Shown in pieces: positions 21,301 through 32,994 of a stretch of DNA of 32,994 nt (position 1 is its first letter; every line of letters begins with the position of its first letter). Made by a program: the position numbers and the translations under genes. The stretch is from Hydrurus foetidus (taxonomy: Eukaryota). The stretch is taken from NCBI GenBank assembly GCA_900617105.1, contig UYFQ01000559.1, forward strand, positions 1 to 32,994, written 5' to 3'. The notes beneath the pieces are model-generated. The model did no database searches. It saw only the letters and a program-made list of their open reading frames with translations, and was not told the DNA's origin.

Positions 21301-22029
21301 CTCCATAAGTGTACAAACAGTATTCGCAATGTTGCTTATGATAACTCTTCGTGGTTGAATAGATACACAACTTCGCAGGTACACAGTACTGCTATTTAAG
21401 TCATAATACTGTATATAATAATGTATTAGATCAAATTAGACGTTTAAATATCGTTGACGGCTTGTATTGTGTACTCCATAAGTGTACAAACAGTATTCGC
21501 AATGTTGCTTATGATAACTCTTCGTGGTTGAATAGATACACAACTTCGCAGGTACACAGTACTGCTATTTAAGTCATAATACTGTATATGATAATGTATT
21601 AGATCAAATTAGACGTTTAAATATCGTTGACGGCTTGTATTGTGTACTCCATAAGTGTACAAACAGTATTCGCAATGTTGCTTATGATAACTCTTCGTGG
21701 TTGAATAGATACACAACTTCGCAGGTACACAGTACTGCTATTTAAGTCATAATACTGTATATGATAATGTATTAGATCAAATTAGACGTTTAAATATCGT
21801 TGACGGCTTGTATTGTGTACTCCATAAGTGTACAAACAGTATTCGCAATGTTGCTTATGATAACTCTTCGTGGTTGAATAGATACACAACTTCGCAGGTA
21901 CACAGTACTGCTATTTAAGTCATAATACTGTATATGATAATGTATTAGATCAAATTAGACGTTTAAATATCGTTGACGGCTTGTATTGTGTACTCCACAA
22001 GTGTACAAACAGTTTTCGCAATGTCGCTT
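18338..22029. repeat. Satellite array, 173-bp monomer, 21 full near-identical copies plus partial ends
   Basis: TCCATAAG recurs at 18361, 18534, 18707 and so on, with the variant TCCACAAG at 21994 (3633/173 = 21). Confidence 0.98.
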
Positions 22030-23740
22030 CGGTATTCTTTTTGTTGCTAATCGATTCTAGAGACCTTCTATTCTTTTGGCTGTATTCAAACTTTTTCAGT
22101 TTAATGAGTTGATTAATGTTGCTGTAGGAAATTTTTACAGTACAGTGCAGAAACAGCGGTAGGCATATATTGTGAATATTCTTATCTTTTCGCGCTGATT
22201 CTTTTAAGCTAACTAGTGTTAATATTGCGATTTTTTTAAGTGACCCGACCGGTCACGAGATTATCTACTTTTTGAAACGACTTCAACGGGCTTTTCTTTT
22301 TTTGGTCTGTTTACAAGATCAGTCATAACTCCTTAATTAGCACGAAGTTAGAATCTTAAAAGAGTCATTACAGATCTTATCTCGTGAAGACCTATCCAAA
22401 AAGCTAATGTCCGTGTAACCGGTCATGGAATTATGACCGGTCACAGCGAGAGGTCTTCAGGTCGGCGACGGTACATGTGAACACAAGCACCAAGCAAAAG
22501 TTGGCAGCAGCACAACGAGGCCAATCCAGCTGCTTCGCATTGTAAATCATACTAGATTCATCGTCGAGCCTACTCATGTTCATGCTTTGAGCCATTGGTA
22601 ATCATGTCAAGAAATCTTACAGATTTTCTGCGCAATGTCGGGACATTTGCGACATCCCACACCGGGACCTCAACGACGAAAATCTGTCATGAAATACAAG
22701 GAGCCTCGGCAGAATGCAATGGCATTTTAGTCATCGATCTCGATGTCGAAAATCCGTCCATCTCGATGTGTAGTTCTGGAAAAGCACCGCAGAATCGATG
22801 TGCCTTCTGGAAAGTACTGCTCAACTACGAAATAATTGAATCTCAGGTGACAACTGTACAAATGACGTTTACGTAGATTATTAGCCTTCAGTTCAATATC
22901 GACAAGATACATGAAGAAATGCCAATGGTATTATACTAACCGGCAATCTATCAGCTCAGCTCCTGTGATGACCAACCACTACTCTTTACTCATGTACAAC
23001 CGAAGTAACTAACACATCAAAAACATTCAGATGGTTGACTCAGCCGGTCTCATGATGGATGGAGATGATGTCAACATGGAAAACACCCTACTCAGCTTTG
23101 CAGGGTACTTCGCAAGCTCTTTACTCACAGAAAAAAAGATTTCTTTTACGCTACCTCATGGAACGAATTCACACTTACAACTGCATCTGCAATACGATAT
23201 GGGGACTTATGAAGCACCTGCAACTCTAAAGGTAAGAGATAGTAGTCTGTGGAGATTTTTAGACGCCTCTCATAACTGTGCTGTCCTGGCTAATCGTAGT
23301 CCCATCGCTAATGAAGTTAAATGAATAACCACCCTTCACTTCTCTGCCATACAGATTCCTCTCATCCAGGATGACTTGCATAACGATATCTACGATATCA
23401 TAAGAAAACTGAGTGGATTCAAGACGTCGCCTCTATCTTCATCCTGCCATTCCAGTGTCGCAGTGCGTGAAGCAAACGCAACTGGACCTTCTCAGAACGA
23501 TTTTACATCCATCAGTCTCGGTGATATTTCTCCGCCACGTAAGTATTTGATATATTTGAATACAAGTGAGATTGATAACGTCAACTGACTGAATAAGTTA
23601 TCAAATCCCTGATAATGTGCGATGATCGATTAGTATAATTCAAAGTTCTCTGACGTAGTCTCGTTTGGCGACTTGACCATGTTTGAAGATAAACGCTTGC
23701 CCTCTCTAAGTACACGCACACACACACACGCACTCACTCA

Positions 23741-23932
23741 GGCCATAAATCACGGGAACGATAGAATTTTTTCACGGTTTTAAATTCATTCTATTGCTTT
23801 CCGTTTTCGGATGCCCGTTTTTTACGATAGAATCCAGAATCTTTCGTAAAAAATGTACGAAAGATAGAATTAATTGAAAATTGTGAAAAATTTCTATCGT
23901 AAAATATTATATCGTTCCCGTCAATTGTGGCC
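23741..23932. mobile_element. 192-bp MITE (Harbinger/Tourist-like)
   Basis: Imperfect ~30-bp TIRs GGCCATAAATCACGGGAACGATA / TATCGTTCCCGTCAATTGTGGCC, 3-bp TSD TCA (23738-23740 / 23933-23935), internal (AC)GATAGAAT repeats. Confidence 0.85.
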
Positions 23933-24672
23933 TCACTCTAAGTGGATGCTTTTGTGGACACATTTATGTACCTTGACTCACCTTAATCGATCATATAAAA
24001 TGACACCATATCGTCGTAATTCATTTTTTTTGCAGGAAAACGAACAACTGTTGAAGACATCGTGTCTGTAAGCGAAGCGGCGGGTAGAAAGAAAGCCAAA
24101 GGATCCTTCACAAACGTGTCGAGAGGAGGGGGGGTTAGTCTCTTCCCGTCTAGAAGGTACGACAGAAACCGTCATTGTACTGAGTGTACGTGGATTGTAT
24201 GCAAATGTTCGAGAATGTAAACGAATCCAACACGAAAATGGCGATTTTGACAGCGCTCCAACATGTTACCATTCTTTCTCCCGGACATTTGTTCTGCGCC
24301 GGTAATACCACTTTTACTGATGTCCTTGTTGGCGCTGCCGCCGATCCGTTATAACCTCGTATGACCCCTCTAGGTCAGCCAGGTGAGTCACACAGGCGAT
24401 CAAACGTTGTAAGTCCCAACACTCAGCAGTGCAGTGCGATGCGATGTGGAGTAACGGAACAGAGACAAACAGACACGCTTGTAGCACCATCATTTAGAGA
24501 GTGAGACACACTTATCGACTTCCCCTTTACTGGAGTTAGCTGAACTAAATTCAACTCCCGCACGGACGGAAGAGGTGGTATAGGAGAGAAACACAGACGG
24601 CCTCGTACAAACACAAACACAAACACACACATAAAAAGGTACGTCATGATATTTGGCTTTAGATTAGTTCAT

Positions 24673-26349
24673 TGTGTAGCGTATCATACTGTACTTCAGT
24701 GTAGTGTGTCGTGCTGTAGTATGGCGTGGTGTGGTGTGGTGTGGTGTGGTGTGGTGTGGTGTGGTGTGGTGTGGTGTACGATGATCGATTAGTATAATTC
24801 AAAGTTCTCTGACGTAGTCTCGTTTGGCGACTTGACCATGTTTGAAGATAAACGCTTGCCCTCTCTGAGTACACACACACATATGTACGCACGCACGCAC
24901 ACTCGTATGGATGCTACTGATGACGTCAGTATGTCATGTGCTCCTAACCATTCCATACATCGAATCATATGTCAATTCATCTCCCTCTTTTTAGTTTCTC
25001 TACCTCTCTTTATCTTAGTTAATGCAAGAGTTTAGTTTAGAATATTGTAGCTCATCACAGCTCGGGCTGACACTGTGTGAAGAATGCCACCCGTCAGTCG
25101 ATCGGTCAGTCAGTCGGTCGGTCGGTGTCTTGGTGGGTCGGTCAGTGGGTGGGTACAAATGATGTTTTCTTAGGTTATGAGTCTTAAGTTCCATGTCGAC
25201 AAAACAAACGAAGATATACCACTGATGTTCCAACCACCTACCCACATACACACAGACACACCATTACACTGACCTAACGACAAACTGACCAATCGATGGA
25301 CCGACAGACAGACAGACGGTTGGGTGATGTGTATGCCCAGCCCAGCTCTGCTAAGATGATCTCAGCTGAGCTGATGTGATGTGATGTGATGTGATCTGTT
25401 GTGTTGTGTCGATGAGCTCCTAGTAGTTGTTATAGTTACTGTAAGTGTTAGTGTTAGCCATGCATCCGACTCAGCTCATCTCATCTCATGCCATCATCCT
25501 ACATGTTCAGACGGTAGAACGAGCTGAGCCAGGTCGACGAACACAACGCAATATAGTACGATGCGATGTAGAGCTACGATGCAGACAGACAGACAGACAG
25601 ATAGACGAGTCGCGTAGCGTCACCTCGAAGCACGGACGCAGACAGGTATGACACAGCATCTGAGTTGAGCTGAGTGTCGTCGATTTGGTATGTGACATGA
25701 GTTTACTTTTCTTAACTTAACTTAACTTGACTGACTTGACTTGACTTGAGTGTGTAGCGTATCATACTGTATCGTATCACATTGTACTGTAGTGTGGTGT
25801 GGTGTGGTGTGGTGTGGTGTACGATGATCGATTAGTATAATTCAAAGTTCTCTGACGTAGTCTCGTTTGGCGACTTGACCATGTTTGAAGATAAACGCTT
25901 GCCCTCTCTGAGTACACGCACACACATATGTACATACGCACGCACACTCGCATGGAAGCTACTGATGACGTCAGTATGTCATGTGCTCCTAACCATTCCA
26001 TACATCGAATCATATGTCAATTTATCTCCCTCTTTTTAGTTTCTCTACTCCTGTTTATCTTAGTTAATGCAAGAGTTTAGTTTAGAATATTGTAGCTTAT
26101 CACAGCTCGGGCTGACACTGTGTGAAGAATGTCACCCGTCAGTCGATCGGTCGGTCAGTTGGTCGGTCGGTCGGTGTCTTGGTGGGTCGGTCAGTGGGTG
26201 GGTACAAATGATGTTTTCTTAGGTTATGAGTCTTAAGTTCCATGTCGACAAAACAAACGAAGATATACCACTGATGTTCCAACCACCTACCCACATACAC
26301 AGACACACCATTACACTGACCTAACGACAAACTGACCAATCGATGGACC

Positions 26350-26388
<39 letters not shown>

Positions 26389-29300
26389 GGTTGGGTGATG
26401 TGTGCGCTCAGCCCAGCTCTGCTAAGATGATCTCAGCTGAGCTGATGTGATGTGATGTGATGTGATCTGTTGTGTCGATGAGCTCCTAGTAGTTGTTATA
26501 GTTACTGTAAGTGTTAGTGTTAGCCATGCATCCGACTCAGCTCATCTCATCTCATCTCATGCCATCATCCTACATGTTCAGACGGTAAAATGAGCTGAGC
26601 TGATCTAATCTGAACTGAGCTGACGAACACAACGCAGTGCAGTGCAGTGCAGTGCAGTGCGATGTAGATCTACGATGCAGACAGACAGACAGATAGACGA
26701 GTCGCGTAGCGTCACCTCGAAGCACGGACGCAGACAGGTGTGACACAGCATCTGAGTTGAGCTGAGTGTCGTCGATTTGGTATTTGACATGAGTTTACTT
26801 TTCTTAACTTAACTTGACTGACTTGACTTGACTTGAGTGTGTAGCGTATCATACTGTATCGTATCACACTCTAGTGTAGTGTGCTTTGCTGTAGTTGGTG
26901 TGGTGTGGTGTACGATGATCGATTAGTATAATTCAAAGTTCTCTGACGTAGTCTCGTTTGGCGACTTGACCATGTTTGAAGATAAACGCTTGCCCTCTCT
27001 GAGTACACGCACACTCGCATGGAAGCTACTGATGATGTCAGTATGTCATGTGCTCCTAACCATTCCATACATCGAATCATATGTCAATTTATCTCCCTCT
27101 TTTTAGTTTCTCTACTCCTGTTTATCTTAGTTAATGCAAGAGTTTAGTTTAGAATATTGTAGCTCATCACAGCTCGGGCTGACACTGTGTGAAGAATGTC
27201 ACCCGTCAGTCGATCGGTCGGTCGGTGTCTTGGTGGGTCGGTCAGTGGGTGGGTACAAATGATGTTTTCTTAGGTTATGAGTCTTAAGTTCCATGTCGAC
27301 AAAACAAACGAAGATATACCACTGATGTTCCAACCACCTACCCACATACACACAGACACACCATTACACTGACCTAACGACAAACTGACCAATCGATGGA
27401 CCGACAGACAGACAGACGGTTGGGTGATGTGTATGCCCAGCCCAGCTCTGCTAAGATGATCTCAGCTGAGCAGATGTGATGTGATCTGTTGTGTTGTGTT
27501 GTGTCGATGAGCTCCTAGTAGTTGTTATAGTTACTGTAAGTGTTAGTGTTAGCCATGCATCCGACTCAGCTCATCTCATCTCATGCCATCATCCTACATG
27601 TTCAGACGGTAAAATGAGCTGAGCTGATCTAATCTGAACTGAACTGAGCTGACGAACACAACGCAGTGCAGTGCAGTGCGATGTAGATCTACGATGCAGA
27701 CAGACAGACAGATAGACGTGTCGCGTAGCGTCACCTCAAAGCACGGACGCAGACAGGTATGACACAGCATCTGAGTTGAGCTGAGTGTCGTCGATTTGGT
27801 ATGTGACATGAGTTTACTTTTCTTAACTTAACTTGACTTGACTTGACTTGAGTGTGTAGCGTATCATACTGTATCGTATCACACTCTAGTGTAGTGTGCT
27901 TTGCTGTAGTGTAGTGTGGTGTGGTGTGGCGTACGATGATCGATTAGTATAATTCAAAGTTCTCTGACGTAGTCTCGTTTGGCGACTTGACCATGTTTGA
28001 AGATAAACGCTTGCCCTCTCTGAGTACACACACACATATGTACGCACGCACGCACACTCGTATGGATGCTACTGATGACGTCAGTATGTCATGTGCTCCT
28101 AACCATTCCATACATCGAATCATATGTCAATTCATCTCCCTCTTTTTAGTTTCTCTACTCCTGTTTATCTTAGTTAATGCAAGAGTTTAGTTTAGAATAT
28201 TGTAGCTTATCACAGCTCGGGCTGACACTGTGTGAAGAATGTCACCCGTCAGTCGATCGGTCGGTCGGTGTCTTGGTGGGTCGGTCAGTGGGTGGGTACA
28301 AATGATGTTTTCTTAGGTTATGAGTCTTAAGTTCCATGTCGACAAAACAAACGAAGATATACCACTGATGTTCCAACCACCTACCCACATACACACAGAC
28401 ACACCATTACACTGACCTAACGACAAACTGACCAATCGATGGACCGACAGACAGACAGACGGTTGGGTGATGTGTGCGCTCAGCCCAGCTCTGCTAAGAT
28501 GATCTCAGCTGAGCTGATGTGATGTGATGTGATCTGTTGTGTTGTGTCGATGAGCTCCTAGTAGTTGTTATAGTTACTGTAAGTGTTAGTGTTAGCCATG
28601 CATCCGACTCAGCTCATCTCATCTCATCTCATGCCATCATCCTACATGTTCAGACGGTAAAATGAGCTGAGCCAGGTCGACGAACACAACGCAGTGCAGT
28701 GCAGTGCGATGTAGATCTACGATGCAGACAGACAGACAGATAGACGAGTCGCGTAGCGTCACCTCGAAGCACGGACGCAGACAGGTATGACACAGCATCT
28801 GAGTTGAGCTGAGTGTCGTCGATTTGGTATGTGACATGAGTTTACTTTTCTTAACTTAACTTAACTTGACTGACTTGACTTGACTTGAGTGTGTAGCGTA
28901 TCCTACTGTATCGTATCACATTGTACTGTAGTGTGGTGTGGTGTGGTGTGGTGTGGTGTACGATGATCGATTAGTATAATTCAAAGTTCTCTGACGTAGT
29001 CTCGTTTGGCGACTTGACCATGTTTGAAGATAAACGCTTGCCCTCTCTGAGTACACGCACACACATATGTACATACGCACGCACACTCGCATGGAAGCTA
29101 CTGATGACGTCAGTATGTCATGTGCTCCTAACCATTCCATACATCGAATCATATGTCAATTTATCTCCCTCTTTTTAGTTTCTCTACTCCTGTTTCTCTT
29201 AGTTAATGCAAGAGTTTAGTTTAGAATATTGTAGCTTATCACAGCTCGGGCTGACACTGTGTGAAGAATGTCACCCGTCAGTTGGTCGGTCGGTCGGTGT

Positions 29301-31155
29301 CTTGGTGGGTCGGTCAGTGGGTGGGTACAAATGATGTTTTCTTAGGTTATGAGTCTTAAGTTCCATGTCGACAAAACAAACGAAGATATACCACTGATGT
29401 TCCAACCACCTACCCACATACACACAGACACACCATTACACTGACCTAACGACAAACTGACCAATCGATGGACAGACAGACAGATAGACAGACAGACGGT
29501 TGGGTGATGTGTATGCTCAGCCCAGCTCTGCTAAGATGATCTCAGCTGAGCTGATGTGATGTGATGTGATCTGTTGTGTTGTGTCGATGAGCTCCTAGTA
29601 GTTGTTATAGTTACTGTAAGTGTTAGTGTTAGCCATGCATCCGACTCAGCTCATCTCATCTCATCTCATGCCATCATCCTACATGTTCAGACGGTAAAAT
29701 GAGCTGAGCTGATCTAATCTGAACTGAACTGAGCTGACGAACACAACGCAGTGCAGTGCAGTGCGATGTAGATCTACGATGCAGACAGACAGACAGATAG
29801 ACGAGTCGCGTAGCGTCACCTCAAAGCACGGACGCAGACAGGTATGACACAGCATCTGAGTTGAGCTGAGTGTCGTCGATTTGGTATGTGACATGAGTTT
29901 ACTTTTCTTAACTTAACTTGACTTGACTTGACTTGAGTGTGTAGCGTATCATACTGTATCGTATCACACTGTACTGTAGTGTGGTGTGCTTTGCTGTAGT
30001 GTAGTGTGGTGTGGTGTGGCGTACGATGATCGATTAGTATAATTCAAAGTTCTCTGACGTAGTCTCGTTTGGCGACTTGACCATGTTTGAAGATAAACGC
30101 TTGCCCTCTCTGAGTACACACACACATATGTACGCACGCACGCACACTCGTATGGATGCTACTGATGACGTCAGTATGTCATGTGCTCCTAACCATTCCA
30201 TACATCGAATCATATGTCAATTCATCTCCCTCTTTTTTGTTTCTCTACTCCTGTTTCTCTTAGTTAATGCAAGAGTTTAGTTTAGAATATTGTAGCTTAT
30301 CACAGCTCGGGCTGACACTGTGTGAAGAATGTCACCCGTCAGTCGATCGGTCGGTCAGTTGGTCGGTCGGTCGGTGTCTTGGTGGGTCGGTCAGTGGGTG
30401 GGTACAAATGATGTTTTCTTAGGTTATGAGTCTTAAGTTCCATGTCGACAAAACAAACGAAGATATACCACTGATGTTCCAACCACCTACCCACATACAC
30501 ACAGACACACCATTACACTGACCTAACGACAAACTGACCAATCGATGGACCGACAGACAGACAGACGGTTGGGTGATGTGTATGCCCAGCCCAGCTCTGC
30601 TAAGATGATCTCAGCTGATCTGATGTGATGTCATGTGATCTGTTGTGTTGTGTCGATGAGCTCCTAGTAGTTGTTATAGTTACTGCAAGTGTTAGTGTTA
30701 GCCATGCATCCGACTCAGCTCATCTCATCTCATGCCATCATCCTACATGTTCAGACGGTAAAATGAGCTGAGCTAGGTCGACGAACACAACGCAGTGCAG
30801 TGCAGTGCGATGTAGATCTACGATGCAGACAGACAGACAGATAGACGAGTCGCGTAGCGTCACCTCGAAGCACGGACGCAGACAGGTGTGACACAGCATC
30901 TGAGTTGAGCTGAGTGTCGTCGATTTGGTATTTGACATGAGTTTACTTTTCTTAACTTGACTTGAGTGTGTAGCGTATCATACTTTAATGTAGAGTGTCG
31001 TGCTGTAGTATGGTATGGTGGGGTGTACGATGATCGATTAGTATAATTCAAAGTTCTCTGACGTAGTCTCGTTTGGCGACTTGACCATGTTTGAAGATAA
31101 ACGCTTGCCCTCTCTGAGTACACACACACACATACGCACGCACACACACACACTC
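24673..31155. repeat. Tandem array of ~1.04-kb microsatellite-rich units (6 full units plus partial)
   Basis: Anchor TACGATGATCGATTAG at 24777, 25820, 26911, 27932, 28959, 30022 and 31026 (spacings 1043, 1091, 1021, 1027, 1063, 1004). Embedded (GTGTG)n, (GGTC)n, (GACA)n, (GATGT)n, (CTCAT)n, (GCAGT)n and (ACTTG)n. Confidence 0.97.
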
Positions 31156-31628
31156 TTGATTAGGATTGCTCGGTTTGGTGTTCCGCAGTCTTAACAAATA
31201 TGCCACTGGCTTTCAAATAGGTGCTACATAGTAGTCTGTCAAGAACGCACAGCGCAATTGCTGGCAATGCATCGTACATTGTTCAAGTGAACCTATTGCG
31301 TAATCTGACGATCTGAGGATAATCGAACCATTTCCACGATGTGCGGATTTTGCTCTGAACTTTTGTGTAATTAACTGGAGACTTGATGTAGTGTGGTAAA
31401 CGTCTCACCCGCCTCCGCCTACCGCAACGGGGCTCTGTTTCGCACAACGAAATCACACCATACAAATGGTGACTGGAGCAGCAAATAGTGAGAATTAATT
31501 ACACGATTTTGAGTTACAATGGAATCTCCTGCGAAACTAATTGGCATCAACGACTACGAACAGTATTACAGCGGCGATCCATAATGGTTCCACGCATGCG
31601 CCAGACTCCTGCAGCAGGGAGAACATTT

Positions 31629-32084
31629 CTAAACCTTATTTTTTAACCCCTTCCTTTGAGCTAATTGATCTTCCCTACGTTTTCTGAGCATGGCACTGAG
31701 AGAGATATCGTAGATTGGCCTTGGCTGTCTTGGAATATTAGGATTGACGTCTGACACAGTTACAAATTGCTGTTTCCTATATGCGTCCCATACGAAGAGA
31801 ACATAACCATCCTTTATTGAGTATATCGTTTGGTCTCTTCCCAGTCTAGTTGAGTCGCCAGGTCTATATCGTTGGCCTCTCTGTCTAATTATTATGGTCC
31901 CATTCTTCACAACTTCGCCACCAAACTTCTTGACTCCCAGTCTCTTGCCGATGCTATCTCTTCCATTTCTAGACGATCCTCCGGCCTTCTTCGTTGCCAG
32001 ACGTGTTTGTTGACACCAAATTTGACTCGCAGTTCGAGATATCACTGCGACGTGCGTTTTCAATGACGTTCCAAAAAAGCTCAT
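31629..32084 (-). CDS. MRPL27: Nuclear-encoded organellar ribosomal protein bL27, probably mitochondrial
   Basis: [47 protein letters not shown] is the L27 signature. It is preceded by a ~29-aa basic, non-acidic presequence. Confidence 0.93.
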   Translation of the reverse strand: MSFFGTSLKTHVAVISRTASQIWCQQTRLATKKAGGSSRNGRDSIGKRLGVKKFGGEVVKNGTIIIRQRGQRYRPGDSTRLGRDQTIYSIKDGYVLFVWDAYRKQQFVTVSDVNPNIPRQPRPIYDISLSAMLRKRREDQLAQRKGLKNKV

Positions 32085-32994
32085 GTTGAGGCCGCCAACC
32101 TGTTACTGAAGAGCTGTCGGACAGTCGAATGAACTGACAGGATCTCCTAGAGCTCGCTCTTTTTGGTGCTACTGATATGGTAGCAGCACAGATAAAAATA
32201 GTCGAGAGGCCGACGAGAGAGAGTGCGGAGAAGAAGTACTGAATTCCACTAAACATGTAATTGAATACCGTCGAGTGCCCTTTCTTTTATTTCCGTGTGT
32301 TCGGAAAATATCAGGGTCCGTTCGGTAACTTCTGTATTCTATTCCAGTGGATTCGTAAAAGCGGTGGAATTTGTATTTCCAGTGGATTCAACTTTTACCG
32401 CTTTTTTGGTTGTTTTTTGGCTAAATTATTATACATTTTTAATTTTTACGAATCCAATCGTGTCGCTCGAAAGCTCTGATTAATGATTAATGCGCTGGCT
32501 TATCTGCGCATTTTGCTCAATTTACATTTTGCTATCGATAAGTTGGGAAATAGTTATAAGCGACTGATTTTTCAACCTTCGCCACTTTGGACAGCTGCAC
32601 TTCATCGATTTTCTTCCGAAGACAATATTTAGAGACCTCCTCCTGCTTAAAGAATCATGCTGAATCCGAATCTGAATGTGCTAAGCATCAATTGCATCGC
32701 GATTACTACACCAATTACGTGTTGTAAATATGACCGCTGCGAATATTTTTGATACTCTGTTATCCACTCTACATCAAATCTACTACACGGCATAATACCT
32801 GTAATCTCAAAACTCACCATATGATATTCAAGATATGTTCAGATGGCATCATGTATCTATCCGAACAAAATCATCCGTAAATGCGTCGTAGAAATCAATT
32901 AAATGTCATATTTTAATATCATCTTCCACAACTACTGGACGCATTATCGATGCATTGCATAGCCTATTAACATCATGTCTGATCCATTATGCTA

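Noticed and set aside
18338..22029. CRISPR array or repeated exon/intron coding unit
   Set aside because: There are no unique spacers and no cas genes. 173 is not a multiple of 3, and the candidate GT-AG introns leave exons of 122 or 112 nt that do not keep frame.
24727..24776. (GTGTG)n as a telomere
   Set aside because: It is short, internal and present in every 1-kb unit.
24423..31153. Recurrent short ORFs (MTMFEDKRL..., MSHTKSTT..., MIRCMEWL...) as a gene family
   Set aside because: They arise from the tandem units, run through microsatellites and shift frame with repeat number.
31969..32256. 95-aa ORF with a hydrophobic N-terminus as a bipartite plastid presequence for L27
   Set aside because: It is out of frame with L27, I could not support an intron joining them, and L27 has its own mitochondrial-type presequence.

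Overview
Eukaryotic, repeat-dominated window, probably from a protist or stramenopile-like genome (inferred from element types only). It is a stack of nested transposons next to two tandem arrays. (1) The 5' end of a minus-strand Ty3/Gypsy element (A, 1-569) sits in a decayed DNA-transposase-like gene. (2) A degenerate chromodomain-bearing Ty3/Gypsy element (B, 2255-17743, TGGG TSD) splits a decayed USP-like cysteine-protease gene. B carries an intact, very young chromoviral element (C, 7491-14887, CTGG TSD, single ~2058-aa Gag-Pol ORF) and a 1.3-kb TIR DNA element at a TTAA site. (3) A 21-copy 173-bp satellite. (4) A 192-bp MITE and a ~1.04-kb-unit tandem array built from microsatellites. (5) A nuclear gene for organellar (probably mitochondrial) ribosomal protein bL27. 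The most striking observation is that none of the three LTR elements has a canonical TGG tRNA primer-binding site abutting its 5' LTR. Each has a perfect 12-bp palindrome starting exactly at the last base of the LTR (AATAGCGCTATT in A and B, AGTAAGCTTACT in C). The two versions differ by three compensatory base-pair changes, which suggests a tRNA-independent, dimer-based priming mechanism. All comparisons were done by eye; no database searches were possible.
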